A DNA stretch of 64,000 bases. Source: an uncultured Candidatus Saccharibacteria bacterium. Lineage in GTDB: Bacteria > Patescibacteriota > Minisyncoccia > Minisyncoccales > Staskawiczbacteraceae. Below, one piece after another: positions 48,521 through 56,956 of this stretch. Within the stretch, counting starts at the first letter, position 1; every line of letters starts with the position of its first letter. The stretch is from the NCBI GenBank assembly GCA_964427585.1, contig CAYRVC010000002.1, positions 41,513-105,512 of the forward strand. Direction: 5' to 3'. The notes below the pieces were generated by a model. That model was given only the letters and a program-made list of their open reading frames with translations. It was not told the origin of the DNA and made no database searches. Position numbers and translations under genes: made by a program.

Positions 48521-48790
48521 TTAATTACCTTCCATTCTCTGTTTGATTTCTTCTTCTATTTTTTTAACCTCTGTTTTGAATAAATCATCAAAATTTTTTA
48601 CCTGCGGTTTTAAAAAATTTTCTATTTCTTCAATGTTGCCTGAAGACATAATATCTTCCATCTTTTTTTTCTCTATTTCGCCTAATTCCAGGTAAACGTT
48701 TTTTAAAATCCTGAACAATGCCAAGTCCAAAACTCTTGCGGCAAGGGCTTTTTGCTCTTCCGACAGGTTGTTTAAAATATCGTTTTCCAT
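48521..48790 (-). CDS. Hypothetical protein
   Basis: 89-aa ORF in an operon-like run. Confidence 0.6.
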   Translation of the reverse strand: MENDILNNLSEEQKALAARVLDLALFRILKNVYLELGEIEKKKMEDIMSSGNIEEIENFLKPQVKNFDDLFKTEVKKIEEEIKQRMEGN

Positions 48791-48796
48791 AATTAT

Positions 48797-49108
48797 TTAT
48801 TCCTTTTTAAACATATCTTTTAAAAACTTGGGCATTTCTTTTTTCGGAATTCTCAAAAGCTTTTCCATGGCGGTAATATAAGCATAACCTGCCCCCAATA
48901 CTGCGCCAGCTGACAAAACAAACATACCCAAGGCGCTAGTGCCCAAAAATTTGCCGCTGCCCCGGGCCAATTTGCCGGATCCGGTTTTCAACCAGGCATA
49001 ACCTGCCTCATCCCTTGCTTCCATCGCATCCAAAATTCCCCCGACCGCTTCCTCGGGAGAGGCTTCTGCTTCTATCGGATTTTCTTCATAACTTGGCCTT
49101 TCCGCCAT
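48797..49108 (-). CDS. Hypothetical membrane protein
   Basis: 103 aa with a Gly-rich hydrophobic segment. Confidence 0.6.
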   Translation of the reverse strand: MAERPSYEENPIEAEASPEEAVGGILDAMEARDEAGYAWLKTGSGKLARGSGKFLGTSALGMFVLSAGAVLGAGYAYITAMEKLLRIPKKEMPKFLKDMFKKE

Positions 49109-49124
49109 AAAAATATTGAAAATA

Positions 49125-51260
49125 TTACTTTATATCGCTTCTTATTTTTTTAATTGATTTTTCAACTGAAAAATCTTCTCCCAATATTTCTTTCGCTTTT
49201 TCTTTTTTAAAAAGTTCTTTTATTTTGTTTTCTTCAAGTGTCCTTTGGGCTCTTGTCTCCCATTTTTTCTGGAATTCCCCTTCTAATAGGCTTTCGATTA
49301 ATGAGTTCAATTCGCCTTTTTTTGATTCCAAATCTTTTTTAGAGAAATATTTTCCGCCTATTTTTATTTTATCTGAGAAAAACGCTGGCTTCGCCTCCAT
49401 AATATCTTTTGCCTCACAGCCTGAAGAAACAAGAGCTATGACTTCTTCTTTATCAAGTATGACTTTTCCTATTTTTAATTCGCCCGTTTCATTAATTTGA
49501 CCGGCTATTTCCGGCGGGAACAAAGAATCAATCCTTGCTATGCTTCTGCTTTGTTTTTCTTTTTCAATATAATTTTTCAATTCATTTTTAAATTGTTCGG
49601 CTGTTTTCGGTTCGCTTAAAAATTCCGGCAAGTCGCGTTTTACTTCTTTCATAATATTTCTACCGCTTACGCAACCAGCTAATTCTCTTACGATTTCTGA
49701 ATTTTCTTCCCATTTTGTTTTTATCAGTGGGGGCCTGTCTCCTCTTAACCTGCCTGGTATTTCCTCTCTGGCTTCGCCTCTTTTTCTCCAAAAATAATTA
49801 AGGACTAAGTAGTTGGCTTCAGGCAAGGGCTCTTTTCGGCTTAAGCCGCTTTTTAACGCAACTATGTCGTCCAATTCTTTCTTTAATTGCGAGGCTTCAG
49901 GATTTTTTTCCCCGTCCACCTTAATTCTTTTTATAATGAACTCTGTTTTTTCTTCTTCTTTTATTTCGACAGGCTTGCCGTCTTTCTTCAATTTCCCCAT
50001 AATAAAATCGTCATAAAATTCTGCCGTCAGCCTGCTGATTTCCTCGTTTAATTTTTCCTGCATTAAATTTTTAACTTCTTCTGAGACCTCCGGCTTTTTT
50101 TCTGGTTCTTTCAGCTCCATTTCCTTTTCAGACATTAGAGGAACTTCCGGCCCTTCTTTTCTGCCTTCTATATTCCCTGTTTCCGCCACATTTTTTATCA
50201 TTTGAAGGCTAATGGCGCGGACAGCGTAATTGTCTGTTTCTTTTTTTGCTTCTTCTATAATATTATTTGAAAGACTCTCTATGGCGTATTGTTCCAGCTC
50301 GGCCTCGCTGGAAAACTGCCTTTCTTCCTCTCTCGGAAAAGGAATTTTTATTTTTCCCCAAACGGGCAATTTTATCGATTTTATTTCGTCTAAGGTCAAA
50401 CCGCTGGCCAAAAGACCGGCTGCTTCCGCCGGAGAATACATTCCCTGCCCAAGCTTATATTTCCCTTCTTCTTTATCATAGTATTCTTTTTTAAGATTTC
50501 TTTCTTCATTAAACAGAGGAAAAAGAAGCCCGTTAATTCTTTCTGTCTTGAAATCTTCGTTTTCCGCCTTTATTGCGGCCGCATTTTCGATTTTTCTTTT
50601 ATAATCTTCGTCGTTTTTGTCCTGTTCGTGCTTTTTTTTCGCCTCTTCTTCAATATTTACTCCAGCGATTTCGCCTCCCAGGTTTTTTGCATTATCAGCC
50701 AACTCCTTATATTCTTTTTTCAGTTTGTTTTCTTCCATGCCGGGAACATCCTCTTTTCTTTTTTTTCTGGCTTTTATATCAAGAATAACCTCCCTTAAAT
50801 TTTGTTCTTTTTCCAACAGCTGCCTTAAAGAATTCTGCTTTTGTAATTTTATCTTTTCTTCTATTTTCTGTTTTTCCGTTTCTCTTTCTTTTTCCAGGGA
50901 AATTTCCCTGGCCCTTAAAAGGGCGGCTTCTGACTTGGATGGCAGTTCTGTTTTAGCTTTTTCCCGTTCTTTTTTTATATCCGCCTCTTCTTTGTCCATT
51001 TCTTTTTTCTTTTCCATAGGTTTCCCTGCCTCCTCTCTTATCCTTTGTAGCTCATCCATTTCTTCAAGAGATCTATATCTGCCCGTCCTAGTAACTATTT
51101 TAATAAGGGGCTGGATCGTTGTGTCTGGCTTTGGCAGATTTAATTCTGTTTCAGACTTTAAAACCGGGTCTGTTTCAGCGGGCTTTGGTTCTTCTTCTAA
51201 GGGTATGGATTCTACCGGCCCATCGTCTTTTGATTGTTTTGATTTTTCCGGATTAGGCAT
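49125..51260 (-). CDS. Large Glu/Lys-rich coiled-coil protein with an internal repeat
   Basis: 711-aa ORF with two similar long segments. Confidence 0.75.
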   Translation of the reverse strand: MPNPEKSKQSKDDGPVESIPLEEEPKPAETDPVLKSETELNLPKPDTTIQPLIKIVTRTGRYRSLEEMDELQRIREEAGKPMEKKKEMDKEEADIKKEREKAKTELPSKSEAALLRAREISLEKERETEKQKIEEKIKLQKQNSLRQLLEKEQNLREVILDIKARKKRKEDVPGMEENKLKKEYKELADNAKNLGGEIAGVNIEEEAKKKHEQDKNDEDYKRKIENAAAIKAENEDFKTERINGLLFPLFNEERNLKKEYYDKEEGKYKLGQGMYSPAEAAGLLASGLTLDEIKSIKLPVWGKIKIPFPREEERQFSSEAELEQYAIESLSNNIIEEAKKETDNYAVRAISLQMIKNVAETGNIEGRKEGPEVPLMSEKEMELKEPEKKPEVSEEVKNLMQEKLNEEISRLTAEFYDDFIMGKLKKDGKPVEIKEEEKTEFIIKRIKVDGEKNPEASQLKKELDDIVALKSGLSRKEPLPEANYLVLNYFWRKRGEAREEIPGRLRGDRPPLIKTKWEENSEIVRELAGCVSGRNIMKEVKRDLPEFLSEPKTAEQFKNELKNYIEKEKQSRSIARIDSLFPPEIAGQINETGELKIGKVILDKEEVIALVSSGCEAKDIMEAKPAFFSDKIKIGGKYFSKKDLESKKGELNSLIESLLEGEFQKKWETRAQRTLEENKIKELFKKEKAKEILGEDFSVEKSIKKIRSDIK

Positions 51261-51361
51261 TTTTTTAGAACTAAAATATTTATTAATTTATTTTATCACT
51301 TAAAGAATAAAACATCAATTTTTTGACAAAACTGAATATGTCTGATAAGATGTAAAATAAT

Positions 51362-51628
51362 ATGGCAATAACAAAATCGGCTAAAAAAGCCTGGCGCCAA
51401 AATTTAAGGCGCAGGGCCAGGAACCTTGTTTACAAAACAAGAATAAAAAAAACTTTAAAAGAAGTGATTTCTTTGGTTGAAGAAAAAAAAATAGAGGAAG
51501 CAAAAAAGCTTCTGCCCCAGGTTTTTAAAATTTTAGACAAATCAGCCAAAGTTGGCATTATTAAAAAGAATACCGCTTCACGAAAAAAGTCCAGATTGTC
51601 AAAATTACTGGCTAAAATGTCAAAATAA
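51362..51628 (+). CDS. rpsT: 30S ribosomal protein S20
   Basis: KSAKK..RQ...R..N, DK.AK.G.I.KN.ASR.KSRL. Confidence 0.96.
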   Translation: MAITKSAKKAWRQNLRRRARNLVYKTRIKKTLKEVISLVEEKKIEEAKKLLPQVFKILDKSAKVGIIKKNTASRKKSRLSKLLAKMSK

Positions 51629-51646
51629 TATTTTACCGTTGCAGGG

Positions 51647-52606
51647 TTATATTTCAGAAACCAGCAATTCCAATGCTGCTTCCGGTTCCAGTCTTCCTGA
51701 TTTAATATCCAAATCTGCCTGAAATATTTTCTGGTAGATTTTTTTTAATTCAGAAAAAGAAAACCGGCTGCACAAATAATATGTTTTTTTAACGACAAAC
51801 GGGTGAAGCCCGCTTTTTTTTGCTATGGCAGGATAAGGATTTTTCTTTTCAGCCAGCTCCTTGATTATCAAAAGAGTCCTGAACTGGTAAGCAATCATCG
51901 AAAGCAGCCTTAAAACGTTTTCTCCGCTTTCCAGGTGTTTATGCAAAAGAGAGATTGCCTCTTTTTTGTTTTTTGAAGCCAAGGCATCTATGGTTTTGAA
52001 TATGTCGTTTTCTATTTTCGGCTTTAAAAATAAATCCACATCGTCTTTCGTTATTTTTTTTCCGTTTTTAAAACAGGCTAATTTTTTTATTTCGTTGCTG
52101 ACATGCCACAAGTCTGAGCTGACGCGGCAAAAAAATCTTTCCAGGGCGGATTCGTCTATTTCAGCTTTAAAAATTTCGAACTCTTTTTTCAGCCAGTTTT
52201 TAAGCAAAACCCCTTTTAACAAATTGAATTCTTGGCATTTGGCGTTCTTATTTAGAAACTTGAAAAGCGGGTCCTTTTTTTCTATTTTGGAAGGCTCGTA
52301 CAGCAAAATAATAACATCTTCAGATTCCGAAAAGTCCTTCGCTTCTTTTAAAAACTTATCTCTTAAAATGTCATCCGAGAAAATATTCAAAACCACCAGC
52401 AGTTTTTTTTCACCAGAAAACAGGGAAATCTGGCTGGCTTTGTTTTTAAAATCTAAAAAAACTTGCTCCGACCCTCTGCCATCGTCTAAAAAATTGAAAA
52501 GACCAAAAGACATCCCGCTTTTATGGATTTTTTTGTAATGGTCAATTATTTCATTTAATTTCTGCCTTGACCTATATGTGTCCTCCCCGTATAAAAATAT
52601 AATCAT
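51647..52606 (-). CDS. holA: DNA polymerase III subunit delta
   Basis: MIIFLYGEDTYRS, NEIKKL, IFK.IDA, HPFVVKK, DLDIKSG; convergent with rpsT. Confidence 0.9.
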   Translation of the reverse strand: MIIFLYGEDTYRSRQKLNEIIDHYKKIHKSGMSFGLFNFLDDGRGSEQVFLDFKNKASQISLFSGEKKLLVVLNIFSDDILRDKFLKEAKDFSESEDVIILLYEPSKIEKKDPLFKFLNKNAKCQEFNLLKGVLLKNWLKKEFEIFKAEIDESALERFFCRVSSDLWHVSNEIKKLACFKNGKKITKDDVDLFLKPKIENDIFKTIDALASKNKKEAISLLHKHLESGENVLRLLSMIAYQFRTLLIIKELAEKKNPYPAIAKKSGLHPFVVKKTYYLCSRFSFSELKKIYQKIFQADLDIKSGRLEPEAALELLVSEI

Positions 52607-53649
52607 GCTCAAATATTTAAAAAAGTAATTTTTTCTGACCTTATAGCCGTTGCAATGTTTTAAAACTCCTAAATAAGATTGAATCGTTTGATTAAAATTT
52701 TCCTTTGTTATTTTTCCATCCTTCAATTCCACTTCCCTTATTTTTAAATTTTTGATTATTCTGTTTTTGGTTTTTATCCTTAAAATTCTATAATGAGGAA
52801 ATACGACATATCCTAAAAAATCAATACCTTGATGATATTTCCTTATTATTATCTTATCTTTATGCAAAGATAATTTCAAATTATTTTTCAGAAAATTGCT
52901 TATATCTCTAATTGTCTGTCTGTAGTTTCTGCTCAAAATAGTGAAGTCGTCGCAGTAACGAATATAGTATTTTTCTTTTAGTTCATGCTTAATAAATTTA
53001 TCCAATTCGCCAAGATAAATATTTGCGAATAATTGACTTGTTATGTTTCCCAAGGGCAACCCTTTTGGAAAACTCTTTATAATCCTGATTATCAACCAAA
53101 TTACATCATCGTATTTTATTTTATTTTTGATTAAACTAATCAAAGTATCCTGGTCAATTGAATCAAAATATTTTCTAATATCGCATTTTAAAATATAACA
53201 GGTTTTTGTGTTATTTTTACTGATCTTTCCAGCAAAACAATTTAATCTGTTCACTGCCCTGTGCGTTCCTTTATCGATCCTGCAGGAATAAGAATCAAAA
53301 ATAAATGATTTATCAAAAATAGGATATAAAATTCTAAATATGGCATGATGCAAAACTCTGTCTTTCACCGTTGCCTTATGAATTTTTCTCAATTTTGGGT
53401 CTTTAATGAAAAAAGAGGTATAATTTGAATGTCGGTAGGTTTTATTTTTTAATTCGTTATAAAGAAGAAAAATATTGTCTTCTAAATTATATTCAAATTC
53501 CTGGACATCTGGCTTTTTCCTTTTTCCCTTTTTAAATTCGTTCCAGGCAAAGAATAAATTTTCAAGGGATATTATTCTTTCAAAAATATCATGGCTTTTA
53601 ATACCCCCCCCCCCAGACCTTTGGCAATTTTGATGTTCCTGTTTTGCAT
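52607..53649 (-). CDS. DGR-type reverse transcriptase (ATG 53649 is out of frame at the G11 tract; no stop before holA)
   Basis: DPKLR.I, DRVLHHA, SYSCR..KGTH, KCDIRKYFDSI, GLPLGNITSQLFANIYL, RYCDDF, GIDFLGY. Confidence 0.93.
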
Positions 53650-53964
53650 AAGATTTGCGAATTCTATAAAAAAATTTATCTGTTGTTGCCAAAAATTCCT
53701 AAGAAAGACAGGTTTGGAATTTTTGCGAGGATAGAAACTTTTTGTTTAGATATATTAATTTTGACAATTGAATCTGCTCTGCAAACAAAAAATAACAAAC
53801 TTCAACTATTAAATTTAACAAGAATAAAAATTGAGACCTTGAAAAAATTGATAAGAATCGCTAACGAATTAAAAATTATTGAGGATAAAAAATACATAGA
53901 GTTGGAATTTGATTTGCAGGAAATATCTAAAATGATTAATGGCTGGATAAAATACTTAATATAA
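53591..53964 (+). CDS. avd: DGR accessory variability determinant (Avd-like four-helix bundle; ATG 53591 is out of frame at the C11 tract)
   Basis: P.LHK..EFYK....PK.DRF, K.LIRIA.ELK.I..K.Y, EISKMINGW; lies between RT and TR. Confidence 0.85.
53604..53614. repeat. C11/G11 homopolymer shared by the 5' ends of avd and RT
   Basis: 11 consecutive C between ATG 53591(+) and ATG 53649(-). Confidence 0.95.
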
Positions 53965-53989
53965 AAGGAGCTTTTAAAAAGCTCCTTTT
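53963..53989. terminator. Bidirectional terminator between avd and TR
   Basis: AAAAGGAGC-TTTTAAAAA-GCTCCTTTT. Confidence 0.75.
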
Positions 53990-53994
53990 ATTGC

Positions 53995-54115
53995 GGAAAC
54001 TTCGGAGCGGGACCGCAAATAGTCGTTGTGATTGTTGGCGTAGTTCCAATTCACCTTGAACTTGCCGTCATTCCAGTTCGCGTTCGGCACGTAGCCATCG
54101 GAATTGCGGGAACCG
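53995..54115 (-). repeat. DGR template repeat (TR)
   Basis: 121 bp, ungapped match to 54405-54525 with 14 mismatches, 11 at TR adenines; 9 AAY codons in the target frame. Confidence 0.95.
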
Positions 54116-54292
54116 TTATTTATTTAATTCCATCTATTTCACCGAAAGTTTTTTTTAAAAAACAATCTGTGTTATCTGGCGGTCGCCAGCAGTACTTCGA
54201 ACCAAATGTTCGTTAGAATTAAACAAGCAGTTTCCTAAAAAAGGCAAACCGACATCGAATTAAAAATTCGACCGGCTGTATTAGCCAAAGTT

Positions 54293-54322
54293 ATTATACA
54301 TAAAAAAAGAGCTCTTTTGCAA
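54293..54322 (-). promoter_or_regulatory. Candidate sigma70 promoter for the TR RNA
   Basis: TTGCAA-18-TATAAT, overlapping the hairpin at 54311-54341. Confidence 0.5.
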
Positions 54323-54352
54323 CATCTTGTCGCAAAAGAGCTTTACTGACGA

Positions 54353-54371
54353 GTCCCGCCGCGGGCGGGAC
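54353..54371. other. GC-rich hairpin downstream of VR (DGR homing cis-element candidate)
   Basis: GTCCCGCC-GCG-GGCGGGAC, about 30 bp after the target stop. Confidence 0.75.
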
Positions 54372-54401
54372 AGGAAAAAAGGAAAAAGGTACAAGGTTAA
54401 G

Positions 54402-55100
54402 TTAGGAAACTACGGAGCGGGACCGCAAATCGTCGTAGTGATTGCTGGCGTAGTTCCAAGAAACCCTGAACCTGCCGTCATCCCAGAACGCGCTCGGCAC
54501 GTCGCCATCGGAATTGCGGGAACCGGCGCAAAGCGTCCAATTTTTCATATCAAGATGTTCACCTGTTTCCTTGAAAAACTTGAGCTCGTAAAGCTCGCGC
54601 TCTTCAAGGGTAATTTCTGGTGTTTCTCTCTGCCTTAGAAAATCAGCAGAACGATTTTTGTTTTCCTCATCTGCCTCCACGCGGTCTCGCGCCCAAATGG
54701 CATAGTGGCCGTTTTCGCCAGTGCGGTCGGATTTAATAACTTCGTCCAAGCTCTTATCCGTATATTTCCAAGACGGAAAGAGCTCTTTGCACTTGTCAAA
54801 CAAACGCTGGGGAGTCATCCCCTGGGCAACCACCAGTAGGCGGTCAAAGCCGGGTTTGCTGTCGGGAATTTTAATTCCCGAAAAATCCAATTCAAGACCA
54901 AAGACCTCCTTGTAGAATTTGATCCAGTCAGCCAGTAATTTCTTACTGCTGGTCGGCTTTGCTTCGACTAGCTTCTTGCCATCGATAATCGCCTGCAAAA
55001 CATCGCTTACTTCTTTAGGGTCGCGTTTTCCATCAACTAAAAACTTGCCAACGCTCGCCCACTGTTTAAACAATGTTTCATACACATTTCCACTACTCAT
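54402..55100 (-). CDS. DGR target protein (probable C-type-lectin-like fold)
   Basis: VR encodes the last 40 aa; TLEER..YEL..F..TG..LD....TLC.GSR; TTGACA-17-TAATAT promoter at 55210-55182. Confidence 0.9.
   Translation of the reverse strand: MSSGNVYETLFKQWASVGKFLVDGKRDPKEVSDVLQAIIDGKKLVEAKPTSSKKLLADWIKFYKEVFGLELDFSGIKIPDSKPGFDRLLVVAQGMTPQRLFDKCKELFPSWKYTDKSLDEVIKSDRTGENGHYAIWARDRVEADEENKNRSADFLRQRETPEITLEERELYELKFFKETGEHLDMKNWTLCAGSRNSDGDVPSAFWDDGRFRVSWNYASNHYDDLRSRSVVS
54405..54525 (-). repeat. DGR variable repeat (VR)
   Basis: 3' end of the target gene; adenine-biased divergence from TR. Confidence 0.95.
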
Positions 55101-55256
55101 GGCGTTTCTCCTAAAAAGAACTGTTCTGCCTGCTTCTAACAGGCGGTTTTAGAAAGGAACCGCTCCTTTCTTTTACTTTTTATATTAACAAATAAAAGTC
55201 ATTTTGTCAAATTTATTTGTACATTTATTAACATTTTCTAAACTTTGTTCAAATTC

Positions 55257-55279
55257 TGTTCGAGCCCCGAGCTCGAACA
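55257..55279. repeat. REP-like palindrome downstream of RAYT
   Basis: TGTTCGAGC-CCCGA-GCTCGAACA. Confidence 0.8.
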
Positions 55280-55294
55280 ATTTTACAACTTTAC

Positions 55295-56029
55295 CTACTC
55301 CAAAAATAATTCTGAATATTTTGCAACATCTTTTTTGTGTTCTACCCAATCTTTTATAATTTTTTTTAACCCCTCAACTTCACCTGTCATCTCTAAAAGA
55401 AATTCTCTTTCGGTTACTGACGGAAAGTTTTCAATGCCAATGCAGTCTTGATAGCTAGACCATTTATAATTTTCTAAAAATTCAACTGTTTCGTCAACTG
55501 AATGGTTCCTTATTCCCAACTCTTTCCAACCCGGTTCAATAAGAGCAATAGGGTTTGTGAAAATATAAGATGCGGTCGCCATAAATTGATTATCGTTTTC
55601 TATTTGAATCGACCTAAATGCATCCTGAAAAACATGCCCTTTTCGCTGATATTTATCATTAAAATATCTGCCATAACCTCCTCCGACTTTTTGCATAAAT
55701 TTAGAAATACCACCATCCTTAATTTGTTTTAATAAAAGATGCAAGTGATTGGGCATAAAACAAAAAGCCAAAACTCCAACAATTTTTTCTCTTTTGTCAA
55801 TTAAAACCGACCGAGCCCCGAGGTCGATCATTTTCTCTTTTTTCTTTTCGGTTTTACGATTTCGTCTTCTGACAGATATATTTACTGGCTTTAAATTATT
55901 AAATTCATATATTGAAAAAACTCCTCGGAAATAGTCATCTATGTTCTTAAAGATTAAATTCTCATCAAGCGCTCTTATTATTATATGATAAATTCCGCCT
56001 GTATCAAATTGTTCTTTTCTGCGAGGCAT
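55295..56029 (-). mobile_element. REP-associated tyrosine transposase (RAYT / Y1 HUH, IS200-like)
   Basis: MPRR, YHI..R, IF....DY, FCFMPNHLHLLL, YFN.KY.R.GH.FQ..F, YI..NP, Y.WSSY. Confidence 0.88.
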
Positions 56030-56038
56030 AATAATTGT

Positions 56039-56055
56039 TCGAGCCCCGAGCTCGA
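56039..56055. repeat. REP-like palindrome upstream of RAYT
   Basis: TCGAGC-CCCGA-GCTCGA. Confidence 0.8.
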
Positions 56056-56073
56056 TCGGTTTTAATATTATAA

Positions 56074-56952
56074 TTATTGGGGTTTTTGGCAGGAGGGGCA
56101 GAAGAAGGCGCTGCGCTGGCCTATTTTCAGCCGTTTTATTTTTTGACCGCAACGGGAGCATTTCTGGCCGGCTCTTTTATAAACCTTTCTTTCGTCATCA
56201 AAGTCTCCTTTCCGACCGTCGGGCTTCCTGTAATCCGAAAAGCTTTCACCGCCCAATTTTATCCCTAAAGTTAAAACTTTTTTGATGGCGTTATAAAGCA
56301 ATTTTAACTCTTTATCGTTTAAGTTTGAAGTGTCTTTTCCAGGATGAATTTTTGCCAACCACAGCGCCTCGCTGGAATATATGTTTCCTATGCCGGCAAT
56401 AATTTCCTGATTCATCAAGATCTGTTTTATCTTGCCTTTTTTATTTTTAAAAACTTCTTTAAATTTTTTAAAAGTGAAGTCTTTTTCCAACGGCTCTGGA
56501 CCCAGTTTTTTCAAATCTTTAGAATTTAACAGCTCTTTTGTTTTCCATAACTCAACCTTGGCAAATTTTCTCATATCAGACAAGGCCAGCATGCTGCTGT
56601 TGTCTAAAAAAAATATCAAATGCAGAAAACGGTTATAAGGATCGGCCAAGGGGCTGTTTTGAGGAGCCGTCCACCCGTTTCCATTTCTTTGCCATTTCCC
56701 GCATAAAAGATGTCCTGTCATTTTTTGGTGGACCAGCAAGGAATATCCTTTAGATAATTCCACAATTACATTTTTTGCCCTGCGCCAGGCTTTGATTATT
56801 TTTTTGCCTTTTATCTCTTTTTTGAAAGCTTTAAAATTGTTCGGCTTCTTTATTATTTTTTCCGCGTCCGTCCAAACATCAAGAAAGGTCCTGCCAAGGA
56901 CCTTTGAGTTCAAACCTTTCACCGTTGTTTCCACTTCCGGCAATTCCGGCAT
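56074..56952 (-). CDS. mutM: Formamidopyrimidine-DNA glycosylase
   Basis: MPELPEVET, D.RKF, GIGNIY..E.LW, C-terminal zinc finger. Confidence 0.96.
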   Translation of the reverse strand: MPELPEVETTVKGLNSKVLGRTFLDVWTDAEKIIKKPNNFKAFKKEIKGKKIIKAWRRAKNVIVELSKGYSLLVHQKMTGHLLCGKWQRNGNGWTAPQNSPLADPYNRFLHLIFFLDNSSMLALSDMRKFAKVELWKTKELLNSKDLKKLGPEPLEKDFTFKKFKEVFKNKKGKIKQILMNQEIIAGIGNIYSSEALWLAKIHPGKDTSNLNDKELKLLYNAIKKVLTLGIKLGGESFSDYRKPDGRKGDFDDERKVYKRAGQKCSRCGQKIKRLKIGQRSAFFCPSCQKPQ

Positions 56953-56956
56953 ATTA

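Noticed and set aside
50617-51303. 228-aa Ser/Phe-rich ORF and the many similar antisense ORFs
   Set aside because: Shadows of Glu/Lys-rich genes on the opposite strand.
52607-53649. Group II intron, retron or Abi RT
   Set aside because: The TR/VR pair, Avd and the GxxxSQ motif identify a DGR; no intron domain V or msr-msd was seen.
53650-53692. ORF-track N-terminus MATTDKFF of the RT (TTG start)
   Set aside because: It lies antisense within avd with no clear RBS; the ATG-plus-slippage model explains both genes more simply, though this start is not excluded.
54028-54638. Plus-strand ORFs 54028-54216 and 54327-54638 that look like paralogs
   Set aside because: They are antisense translations of TR and VR.
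56030-56161. N-terminal extension of the RAYT ORF
   Set aside because: Overlaps mutM and a REP; the family typically starts at MPR (56029).
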